Source: the human T2T-CHM13v2.0 reference genome, Homo sapiens
Assembly: GCF_009914755.1 (NCBI RefSeq)
Contig: NC_060942.1
DNA length: 64,000 nucleotides
Direction: 5' to 3' (one strand)
A program made the position numbers and the translations under genes. This document shows, piece by piece, positions 1-10,280 of the stretch (positions are counted from its first letter, which is position 1; every line of letters begins with the position of its first letter). Under the pieces are notes generated by a model. The model searched no databases, was not told the origin of the DNA, and saw only the letters and a list, made by a program, of their open reading frames with translations.

Positions 1-190
1 GTGAGTCATTAGTCATTGCATTTTCTGGAAAAGTCGGTAGAGAAAAGTTTAAGTGAAATGTAATACAGTGTTATAATTCACTTTTGTCACTCACAGGAGA
101 GGATGATGTTTTGCATCAGGCTTGTTTACTGAAAAAGCTTATTATAGCCTGGTTCTTATGCTAAGTACTGGCTAAAAAAGAATAGAATGT

Positions 191-488
<298 letters not shown>

Positions 489-3400
489 TGCACAACTTTT
501 CCAATCTTGATTTAGATTATTTATACTAGGAATGTGTGAGGATGCCTTGAACAAACATGTCCTTTTATATGGTTAAGAAAATCAAATGTTGTAGGATATA
601 GAGATAGTGGTAGTAAAAGGTAATGGTGTAGAGATATGTACCTAAGGAAAGAGAATGTCATGGAGAAACCCTGGGTACTATGGGTGACTGAGCCAAAAAG
701 AAAGTAGTGGAAATCTTATCTAAGTGACCAGAAGCCGCACTTCACTGGGCTGCTTAAAGGCAAAAATACTTTTAGCTCACCACTGATTTGCAATATGGGG
801 ATGGAGGGGAGCAGTGTTTAAAAGATGCTGAAGATTCCCATGCAAGAGAGGGAAAGCCAATTTCCCAAGTGGTGATGGTCCAAAGGCAGGAACCTGGCAC
901 AGACACAACAGTACAAACACTATAGTATTTGCTAATGTTGTGAAGCCATCTGCAATTCAAACTCCCAGTATATATACTAGACATATTCCTCCTGTTTGAA
1001 TACAAAAACCCACTTCCTCAAAGGCTAGAGTTCTTTAAATTGAATGTTAATTCAAGGTTCAAGGATTGACCCTTCAACAAAGGCAGATGTGTTAGCCACC
1101 AGGAAAAACAATTCGGGGAAGGGTTAGTTTGACTTTTAGCTATTATTTATCATTTCTTACCCAAACTTGTTTTCACATCTGAAGGACCAACAGGATAAAA
1201 GTTGATACATTAGGGACTTGAAGTTCAGAGTATTATTAAATCATTTCCAACAAATATATATAAACAGCGTCTTCCGGGCAGGTCAGGGCTTAGCTCAAGT
1301 CACTTTCAGTTGCTGTGCCTCAGGGAGGATGCTGGTTAGACCTCCCACTGAAAGATTTCCATTGTTCTTCTAACTTTTCTAGCCAAACATGATTCCAGTT
1401 AATGTAACAATCTCATAGCCTGGAAAGAAACTGCCAGCCTGGGAAATCTACTTTTCTGGCCTGGGAAGTATTCTGGTGAGCACTGAGGGAAGGGAGTAGG
1501 GGTGTTGGAAAGAAGACTTGAAATTCCTTTGTGTTATCTGTAAATAGAACGTTCTAACTCTTTGGTCTCTTCTTCCTCCTCTCCCCCAACCCCCTCTTTC
1601 ATCATTTTCAATTATATATAGGAGGTTGGAAAGTTTCTCTTGAGCTCTTAACCCCAGTCACCTAAATACCCTTTGTGAGGGAAACTGGGTAAGAACAATA
1701 AAAGTGGAAGGCTCTCCTACCCTGGTCTTGCTCTTCCCCAATTCTCCTCTAGCTCCTCCTCCCTTTATCTCTCTCTCTTCTCATAAAAGTGCTTTAGTTG
1801 AGGCTTCCTAGGATTCACCCTCCAGCTCCTATCTGCACTTGAAGCCAGGCTGGGGTCTGCACTTGCAATTAGTATGTCTGTTGGACTGGGCCACGGTATC
1901 CCACCTGGCCACTGCCGCATGCCTCCTCAGTGCATGCCGGGGCTCCTGGTCTCTCTAGCCTGGGGCTTTGGGCTGACAAGTCCCCTCTTCCTTGCAGCTC
2001 CCTCAAAGTCCCAGACACAAAGGCCTCCAGGATGCTCTGTTAATGCTTGACTGGAGCCTTCCAAGATTAGAATCAAAGGGGCATTTGGGGGTAGTTTTGG
2101 TCTTTGAGACTTCAGTCATCCCATATTCCCTCTACCCAATAGAAAGCAGAAGGGGCCTATACTCTCATCTAGCAGCTTCTAGTTCCTCCTATCTATTGGC
2201 CTTTTCCCTTGGCCCAGGGCCAAGGCCAGATTTTCATGAATAGGAAAGCTCTCCTGCAGAGAGATGTCAAACATGCCCAGCTAGACAATGGCCATGAGCA
2301 ACAAAAGATCTGTGGGTGATCCTGTAGGAGTTTGATTCCCCCAGGCTGCTGTGGGCAGGGCTGTGTGGGTCTTTAGATTGTGTTGAGCAATTGGTGGGTC
2401 TAGGAAGCTTGATTTTCTGGAGTTCAGTGACCAAGAATCTCAAGTTCTCTGTTTAGTCTTTCACTCTCGTGAATGGGTTCAGGTCTGAAGGCCTGTAATT
2501 TTTGGGTGCTGAGCCCCGAGTTCTGAGCTGAGAGTATCTAAGCTGAGAAGAGCACGGGGTCGCAGCCTTGGTAAGTCAGAGGCACAGTTCAGCCTCTGTT
2601 GGCCCTTGGAGCCAGCAGTTAGTTGTCCTCCCCAGATAGTTAATCGTGTTTGTGGTTTTCCCCCTTTAATGGGCCGTGAAGTCAGCAAACTCCCCACATG
2701 GTGGCTCCCTTTACTAAAGTTGAGTAGTGAATTGTACAAGGAGTCTTGGAAATTTTCAAATATTTCTCCAGATTGAACTCAACTCAGAATTCGTGTGGGA
2801 GGAAAGAGTAAGGATTTTAATGGGGTTCACCTTTGACGTGAAGCAAGGCGGAAGACAGGAAAGCCACAGTGGGGAATAGCTTTGGGCGCTTTAGTAAGAA
2901 AGACATCTCTGCTTGATTATCTGGTAGTGTTCACCGCAGGCTCTTTGTGTGCGAGCTTGCTGCAGAGGCAGAGCTGAACACGGAAAACACGCATGTAAAC
3001 AGTCCAACATAAATCAGTGAGCATATGTATCAGAGAAAAAGAGACATATTCCCATGTAGATGTGGTTTGAAGCTTTATTGAAGGCAGACAATCTGAAGCA
3101 CGGCCAGGAATAAACTAAGAGGAAGCAGACAGTTTTCGGTCATTCATGGCCAGGAATAAACAAAACTTAGTTTTTTTTTTAAGAAGGAGGAAGTATTAAA
3201 TCTCAAATAAGAGCAGGAACAGCATTTAGAAGGAGAAATATAATATCTTGGAAAAAGCAAGCAGAACTAATATAGCTTATTTAAATGTGAGATCCAAATC
3301 GTAGTAACAGGAAACCCTCCCACTAAACTGGAATTTCCCCTAATTTTTGTGTAAGATCCAAATAATTAAAATGCACTCTAATGGTTATTGATGGCTCTAT

Positions 3401-4083
3401 TTTCTTTCTTTCTTTCTTCTTCTTCTTTTTTTTTTTTTAAAGAAATAGACCTGAGTTCTCTTACTGGAGTAGAAATATATGAACCTTCTTCAATTACCCA
3501 GGAAATTGGAAGCCTCTGGGTGGATATGGTCTTCCCTTATTGCTTTCCTCTTCCCACATCATTTTCAGTTAAAAAAATTAACTGTTTCCAGCAGAGGGAT
3601 TCCTGTTAGAAACCTTCATCAGGTGAACTTGTACTGGGAACCCTCATGCTTTCCCAGTCTGTCTGTGTCTCCCAAACAGAGCTGAAGTTGTAAACAAAGT
3701 GGAAAAACATATTTCTCGCCCCCAAATTCTTAAAATTTCACTTCTTGTGGAAAACACAATTTCACAACATCAATTTTTAAAATCTGTAAGAGCCACAGAA
3801 GGTGTGAAAGTAGCCAAACAGCCGGTCTAGAAATCCAAAAGCCAGGACTAACGGGGGACAGAATGCTTTTTCCTCAAATCCAGGCAGGGATGGGGAGCAT
3901 TCTCAGCATTAGGGCATTTATGGACGCTACAAGAGGGAAAGGATGTATCTGAACGGTGGGGGTGATTTAGGCGATGAATCGCCACGTTAATAGCACTACT
4001 GCCAAATCTTCAAATTTAGAGGCTCTGGTGAAAAATTAAACCGGTGGCAATTTTCAACGTTTGTAGCATCTGTTACCCTACAC

Positions 4084-4110
4084 TTCAGCACCCGGAGTCT
4101 GGACAGCTCC
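4084..4110 (+). promoter_or_regulatory. Non-canonical (split) RE1/NRSE, putative REST site
   Basis: Left half TTCAGCACC (4084-4092), 8-nt spacer, right half GGACAGCTCC (4101-4110); canonical site is TTCAGCACCnnGGACAGCGCC. Confidence 0.7.
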
Positions 4111-4609
4111 GCAGGCCGCGCTCCGGAGGCAGCATGAGCTCTCATCAATCTACTCATAGCCCTACTGTCAACGGCAGCCAGACTCAGGAGAGATTTACTG
4201 AAAATCCTCCAAGACTTCCCTTTAAAAACAAAACGACTTCCACATTTAATGGTCTATCTGAAAGAACATACGCAAGAAATTAGGAGATCTAAATTAAATT
4301 TATTAATAGGAGAGCTTGATGATGCTTAATTCCAGAGACCAGAGCTCCGATTGGTGAGGCTTGATGAAAAAGTAAAGAGAAATCGTAATTGTATAGTTAA
4401 AAACATAACTTTTGTCATCCTCAAAATTCTAAAAATTCTTTACCTGTCCTTGGGAAATGGGTGAAATTGAAAACCATCAAAACAATTGGACTTCTTAAAA
4501 ATTGGATTGTATGAGTGAAAGGTGTTTATGAGAAGTCGATGACTCCGGATCTTATCATCCAAGAGGACAGCACAGAATAGTTAATATGTTCCTTGAGGGA
4601 CTAGGATGC

Positions 4610-4647
4610 TGACGTCTTTTTCTGATACCCGATCATTACGTGACTGA
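4610..4647 (+). promoter_or_regulatory. CRE-like bZIP sites of the ADCYAP1 promoter
   Basis: TGACGTCT at 4610-4617 (7/8 match to CRE) and TTACGTGA at 4636-4643, overlapping TGACTGA; about 150-190 bp upstream of the TATA-like element. Confidence 0.65.
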
Positions 4648-4796
4648 GAAAAAAAAAAAGGAAGTCATTTCATGAATAAAAATCGGAGCGCAACAGTGCA
4701 ACAAAATATTCTGTACTTAAAGGCAACAGGCAGGCAGATGTTGACAAAGAGGGCTCTCCAAAAACCATGTTCGGATAGATTTTTGCGAACTGCACA

Positions 4797-4804
4797 GATA
4801 AATA
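4797..4804 (+). promoter_or_regulatory. TATA-like element GATAAATA
   Basis: AT-rich box at the 5' edge of the CpG island, downstream of the CRE-like sites. Confidence 0.5.
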
Positions 4805-4829
4805 GGAGCAGAAGGCCGGTCACCTCTGT

Positions 4830-5355
4830 AACCAGCGGTAGCAGCAGCAGAAGCCGCAGCTTCAGAGGCAGCCGGAGAGACCTCGGAGCAGAGAAGGCGC
4901 CGCCGACCCTCGCGGCTGCCTGGCCCGCGGCTCCTACAAAGGCGGGCTAGCCGCCCGCCCTCTCCCTTGCCTTCCTCCCCTTCTTTTCTGACTTTCCCTC
5001 TTTCCCTTAATCGCCTGCTTCTTCCTCCGGGTGGACTTACGGCCACCTTGCTCCTCCGCCCTTCACCTCATCGCCCCCTCTTTCTTTCTTCTGCCTCTCT
5101 CTCTGCGCCCCCTTCTCTCCGTGTCACGCTCCCTCCTGGTTCTGCGCGTCTACAAACTTTTGAGCAGAACACGAGCCTCGGCAAACGAGTCCCGCAGCTC
5201 CTCCTGCTGCTCCCGCTGGTTCCTGCGGCTTCTGCTCAGACACCAACGCCAGACGGCGATGCCTCTCGGGTGGTGACTCCAGCGCAGGAACTTGAAGAAG
5301 CGCTTTGCCCGCCGTCCTACCTGGCAGCTCTCCTGGCAGCGGGAGGAGTTGAAGG
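4830..5355 (+). other. ADCYAP1: ADCYAP1 5' non-coding exon 1 region (5' end uncertain, probably several TSSs)
   Basis: Consensus donor GAAGG|GTAAGG at 5355/5356; next acceptor at 5680; start inferred only from the TATA-like element. Confidence 0.65.
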
Positions 5356-5681
5356 GTAAGGGAGGGAAAATCTTACCAAAGCGACCGGCTCACTCGACTG
5401 CTGATTCTTTCGCTTGGCGTCGCGTCAGGGGAGTTAGCTTTCCTTCAGCCGGGTCTGGCTAGTTATTGGGCGCCGGGTAGATGCATATATATATATTTTT
5501 TTCTAACTATAGCAAGCAAGAAGTGGCAGGGCGCGCACCGGCTGTCGCCAAGTGCTGTTCAACTCAGGGAGCCGGGGCTTCGCTCCGTCCCTCCCCCGGC
5601 TTCCAGAGCTTTTTGGGGTTGGAGGGTGGGAGGCCAGGGGCGTTCTCACAGCTGTGTGTCCTCTTTCCCATCCTGCGCAGA

Positions 5682-5791
5682 ATGACCATGTGTAGCGGAG
5701 CGAGGCTGGCCCTGCTGGTCTATGGGATAATCATGCACAGCAGCGTCTACAGCTCACCTGCCGCCGCCGGACTCCGGTTCCCCGGGATCAG
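5682..5791 (+). CDS. ADCYAP1: Prepro-PACAP coding exon 1 (gene exon 2): signal peptide MTMCSGARLALLVYGIIMHSSVYS-SPAAAGLRFPGI(R)
   Basis: Polypyrimidine tract plus CAG acceptor at 5680, ATG at 5682, hydrophobic signal peptide, donor AG|GTAGG at 5791/5792; 110 nt, phase 2. Confidence 0.97.
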
Positions 5792-7953
5792 GTAGGTGCT
5801 GGCTGCCTGGCCCAAGCAGGAGCTGGGGCTCCCCAGGCACAGACGCTTCCTCACGGTCTCCTTCCTGCAGTCCTTTGGGTCCAGACTACTAGCATCGCCC
5901 TCTGCGCCCCCGGTGCGCCTCCGCCAGCCTCGGCTGGACAGCGGGTCCCCATTCTAGCCGAGGGTCTGGCAGGCTCCGCGACTGCTCGGACGCCTCCCCC
6001 AGCCCTAGGCAGCTCAGGGTCCCGGGTAGAGCCAGTGAGCTTCTGGCCGCTGGAGAACCCCCCCTCCCCCAACCCGGCCCACAGGATGGGGGCAGGGCAC
6101 GGCCCCTAGCTTGGTTTCTTTTACCTATTCTTGGGACGAGTTAGGAGAACTTCAGCTCTGGAGCCTGGCCGGGGGTTGAGCGTGAAGCTCCCTCGGACTT
6201 TGCTTTGTTACTGCTTGTTCTGGACTATCCGGGTGGGGTCTCTCTCTCTCCTCCACCCTTTCTTTTCATTTCATTCCAATTCTTTCCCCTGAAGAGCTTT
6301 CTTTCAAGTGATCCGTGTTCCAACTGCATTTTGAATCCCAGGCTGTCTTGGGGGGCGTGCGGTGGGGAGGGTGTTGGCCCGGTGTGATTGAGGAAAAGCG
6401 ACTTAAGAGAGGGAAGAACAAGGACGAGACTGCGAAGGAGGGGGAAAAACAGGCGCAAAGGAGGAGGAAGGGAAAGCCAGCAGGCAGGCAGGACCGGGAG
6501 AGCAGCCCTGCCTGGCCCGGGATGGAGGAACCTTGGCTTTTTTCTTAACCCCGGGTTTCTAACCCGCAGGCGCGGCCCAGGTTCCCGGAGGCAGCCCCAG
6601 AGTCGCGGGCCGATGTGCCAGGCTGTGGATGAGCCCCGGGTAGGGGAGGGTTCGTACCAGCGGCGCCTGGGGCAGCGAGGAGCGCGCGTTCTGCCTGCGA
6701 AGCTGCCTTCTCCGAGCCCCGCCCAGGAACATTAGCTCTGGGGGGCCGCTGATCATTGATTTGGACGGAGAGATGGGTTCTGGGTTCTGTATTAGGATTC
6801 CAGCATCTGGGCTCGAGGCAGGGCAATATCCAGAAAGACCCCAGGGTTCGGGGTACCCGGGCCAGGGCTGAGGCGCATCGCCGAGCAAAGGCTGGGTGCG
6901 AGGCGTGCGGAATGATGCGCTTGCCTTGCCCGGGCCTCTCCAAGGATGGAGAAAAGGCGAGTGAAGCAGCGAAGTACGACTCCAACCCCGCCCAGAGAGT
7001 GCTACTAGCGCTGGCTGCACGCCAAGTCTCTCCAGGGGTCCAAAGCGAGAGGGATTTGTTTTAACCCATCTCTACCCGTCCTGTGTCAAGAACGGAGGCT
7101 GTAGAGGGCGACTGCGAAGTCGCCAGGCACTCGCTGGATCTCGGTCCCCCTCCTCGTGCTCTGGGGTTGAGATGGGGCACCGCCATCGATAACAGATCAG
7201 CGCGAACTATTCGTTTAGTGGCCTTAAAACACCCTGGTTTCACCCTCAGCTATTTTCAAGTTCCCGTGTGCCTGGCACTTTCTCCGTGCGAGAAGCACCG
7301 GAGGGTGCGGACGCGCCACAGTCTGAGCCGCCGCCGAACTGGCTAAGTTTAGGGGCATTTATTATTCATGTTCCTGCCAGATCCTCGCCTGCCCAAAATA
7401 GAAACCGAGGTTCTCCGTGACCTACATCTGCTCGGGGAAGGGCTCCCCTGGGCTCGGAGGCTGGGGTGGGGGTGGCTGAGGAGTTGGCCCCCGCACGCCC
7501 CACGCATCCTCTCCTTTGCTTTCTGGGCCTCCCCATTCGGGTCTTCGCGTGGGTCAGCGCCCGGTCTCCCAGGGCCTTTCTCGTCCCCGCCCGTTGCTGC
7601 TTTGGGGAGGCTCGGGAGCCAGGCGGGGAGGGGGGCGGTCCTTTTCCGTAGACAGGTGTGCGCGATCGGCGGAGACGCCTCGGTTTCCCAGCGCTTGTTG
7701 AGGCCGTGGCCCGCAGGACGACCCTTTACCCGCGAAGGGGGGGTGGGCGGGCCGCCCGGCGGGGTAGGAGTGGTTGGGTGTCGTTGCCTCCTCCTTACCT
7801 CTGCTCCCACCCCCAGTCCTGGGAGAAGAGACAATTCTCAGCGGAGGACTTTTATCACCTGTGAAAATCCGCGCGAGCCCCTTACTTTGGATCCTCGCCG
7901 AGCTGGGGAGGAACTTGCACTGACCACACCTTCTGTCCCCGGCCACCCCGCAG

Positions 7954-8085
7954 GCCAGAGGAAGAGGCATACGGCGAGGACGGAAACCCGCTGCCAGACT
8001 TCGATGGCTCGGAGCCGCCGGGCGCAGGGAGCCCCGCCTCCGCGCCGCGCGCCGCCGCCGCCTGGTACCGCCCGGCCGGGAGAAG
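7954..8085 (+). CDS. ADCYAP1: Prepro-PACAP coding exon 2 (gene exon 3): PEEEAYGEDGNPLPDFDGSEPPGAGSPASAPRAAAAWYRPAGR(R)
   Basis: CAG acceptor at 7953, donor AG|GTGAG at 8085/8086; 132 nt; frame continuous with flanking exons; not shown as such in the ORF track. Confidence 0.96.
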
Positions 8086-8558
8086 GTGAGATTCGCGCGG
8101 CCTCGCGCACACCCGCGGCTGGGAGCTCGGGACTGCGGTGACGGGAGGGGCAGTGTGGTGACCCACCCAGGATTTTTTTTTTTTCCCGTGAAAGTCCTCA
8201 AGCCTGTCCTCTCCCTGGCCCGATCCTATTGCAGCGACAGAAAATCAGCAGCGGGCGGGTCTGTGTGGACCTGAGGGCCGCGTGGGGACCGAGGGGGGCT
8301 GTGGCCCAAAGAGTGGCAGTGAGTGGCGTCAAGGAACCCACACTCCGCATCTGCCACTCCTAGAGCCGGGACTAGCTCCCGATCCTAGCAGTTGCTCTCG
8401 AGATCATCCCGGGAGTTATTGGCGAGTTCTGGGCCTCTGGAGGTTTCCCTGTCAGCCTCCCCGGCCGCCGAGGGGGCGCGCGCCCAACAAGGGGGTCTCT
8501 AGCGGCCACCTGGGGACAGAAACAGTGACCCTGGGCGCGCACTTTGCCTCCCCGTTAG

Positions 8559-8657
8559 AGATGTCGCCCACGGGATCCTTAACGAGGCCTACCGCAAAGT
8601 GCTGGACCAGCTGTCCGCCGGGAAGCACCTGCAGTCGCTCGTGGCCCGGGGCGTGGG
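8559..8657 (+). CDS. ADCYAP1: Prepro-PACAP coding exon 3 (gene exon 4): PACAP-related peptide DVAHGILNEAYRKVLDQLSAGKHLQSLVA, then RGV(G)
   Basis: TAG acceptor at 8558, donor GG|GTAAG at 8657/8658; 99 nt; GHRH-like PRP sequence. Confidence 0.96.
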
Positions 8658-9739
8658 GTAAGAGTTTGTGGAAGGATTAACCTGCGCGCGCCGGGGTGGG
8701 TGCCTGTGCGGGGCGCGCGGGGCGGGCGGCGGTGGGTGCCCGTGGGGGCCAGGGTGAGTCTGCGCCCCTGGGTCTGGGGTGGGCATCCGCCACGGGTCGC
8801 AGTTGGAGATTTTGAAGTGGCACTTTACATTTGCCCAGAGAGCTCTGGAAGAGGCAAAAAGGGAACGCGAGCCAGGGAGTTTGATCCGTTTTGAATGAAA
8901 AGAAAGAGAAACCAAACCAAACCTCTCAGTCATCCAAAACCTTCAGGCTTCCAGGGAGGTTTTGCTATAATTTTCTCTAAGCATGACTGTTTCTGGGGGA
9001 GGGGAAAGGGGTGGTTGTATTTACTGAAAATTCAAATCGAAATAATAAATGGCCAAATTTGGACACTTACGGACCCAAACAGTTTTGCTCACGCCAGAGA
9101 AACCGAGAGCACAGGGCTTGCGTGAAGCCTATCTCGGCAGAAGGCAACATTCTAATAAAGCCCGTGGGAAAACAGATTACATTTTCGCCATGAATAAGTC
9201 ATGCAGTGAAAAATATTGCCTACAGCCTGTCGACTTATATTATTATCACGTTTTTCAACTCGGCGTGAGGAGGGAGAGGAGTGTTCATATTTGACTAGGA
9301 ATTGCAGGATCGATGCAAACTCCAGGGCAGCAGCCAGACTGGCATATGTAGGGCTCTCCGGTTACTTTCTCTGTATGTCGCGGGTGAGAGGAACAGCGAG
9401 GACAATTTAGCGCAAACACACGAAGGGTCGGATCTCAAGGGGGCAGCGCTGGGAGAAAGGTTAGGCTTGAAGCGCGCGTCGCCTGCCCGGATCTTATCCC
9501 GGGCCCCCTCCGCAGGGTTTGGTGCCAGGAGATCCTGCGTGGGGAGGGGGGCATCGAGGGGCTGCCGTCTCGGCCCTCCCCACGGCTGCTTCCAGGCAGA
9601 GGCGGGCGACGCGGTGGGCAGTGCGAGCCCCGGGCCCTCCCCGAAGGCTCCCGCGTGGGGTGGGGCCCGCCTGCTCCCCGCGGCGATTGAACCTGTGTCT
9701 CCCGCCCCGCCACCCTCTTCCCGACCCCTTTGCTTGCAG

Positions 9740-9929
9740 TGGGAGCCTCGGCGGCGGCGCGGGGGACGACGCGGAGCCGCTCTCCAAGCGCCACTCGGAC
9801 GGGATCTTCACGGACAGCTACAGCCGCTACCGGAAACAAATGGCTGTCAAGAAATACTTGGCGGCCGTCCTAGGGAAGAGGTATAAACAAAGGGTTAAAA
9901 ACAAAGGACGCCGAATAGCTTATTTGTAG
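9740..9929 (+). CDS. ADCYAP1: Prepro-PACAP last coding exon (gene exon 5): PACAP-38 (9792-9905) and PACAP-27 (9792-9872)
   Basis: [47 protein letters not shown]; dibasic cleavage and Gly amidation signals; exons sum to 531 nt = 176 aa plus stop. Confidence 0.99.
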
Positions 9930-10165
9930 CGATGGGTTACCAGCTACCCTGTGTATACAGCCCTGACGCAATGAAAAGTCGTTTTCCAAACTGACTCAAC
10001 AGTCATCGCTCGTGTGTTCTATCCAAACATGTATTTATGTAATGAAGTAAAGCCATTAAATGAATATTTTGATAATAATATTGTTTTTCTTTCTACAAAG
10101 CACTAGAGAATGCACAGATATACTTTGTGGACCAATTATTGATATATATTATAAATATATATAAA

Positions 10166-10167
<2 letters not shown>

Positions 10168-10200
<33 letters not shown>
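10168..10200. repeat. (AT)n microsatellite in the 3' UTR
   Basis: About 16 perfect AT units within a longer AT-rich tract from 10138. Confidence 0.95.
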
Positions 10201-10204
<4 letters not shown>

Positions 10205-10274
10205 ATAGAGAGAAGTTCATACAAAGCGTGCACAAGGATTGAAAATTCGCCCGAGCTGTTTATGTTTTTATAAA

Positions 10275-10280
10275 AATAAA
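10275..10280 (+). terminator. Candidate proximal poly(A) signal AATAAA
   Basis: Canonical hexamer with T-rich downstream sequence; ATTAAA variants also at 10055 and 10335. Confidence 0.5.

Larger units (their letters stand above)
4815..9915. other. CpG island(s) covering the promoter and all coding exons of ADCYAP1
   Basis: High GC and CpG density compared with the AT-rich, CpG-depleted flanks; short AT-richer interruption near 8880-9300. Confidence 0.85.

Noticed and set aside
8461-8520. CTCF-like motifs (CGCCGAGGGGGCG, CCACCTGGGGACA) before the PRP exon
   Set aside because: Two to three core mismatches in very GC-rich DNA; not distinguishable from chance without ChIP data.
9519-9739. In-frame intronic extension upstream of the PACAP exon
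   Set aside because: No ATG or signal peptide; a clear polypyrimidine/CAG acceptor at 9739 explains the exon.
9801-9821. ACGGACAGC RE1 right half inside the PACAP coding sequence
   Set aside because: Left half absent; sequence is dictated by the FTDS codons.
4672-9886. Many overlapping 60-257 aa ORFs on both strands across the CpG island (e.g. 7368-8141, 7554-8201, 9302-9886)
   Set aside because: Pro/Gly/Arg/Ala-rich, mostly non-ATG starts, no recognisable domains; expected from stop-codon scarcity in GC-rich DNA. Only the spliced PACAP frame is supported.
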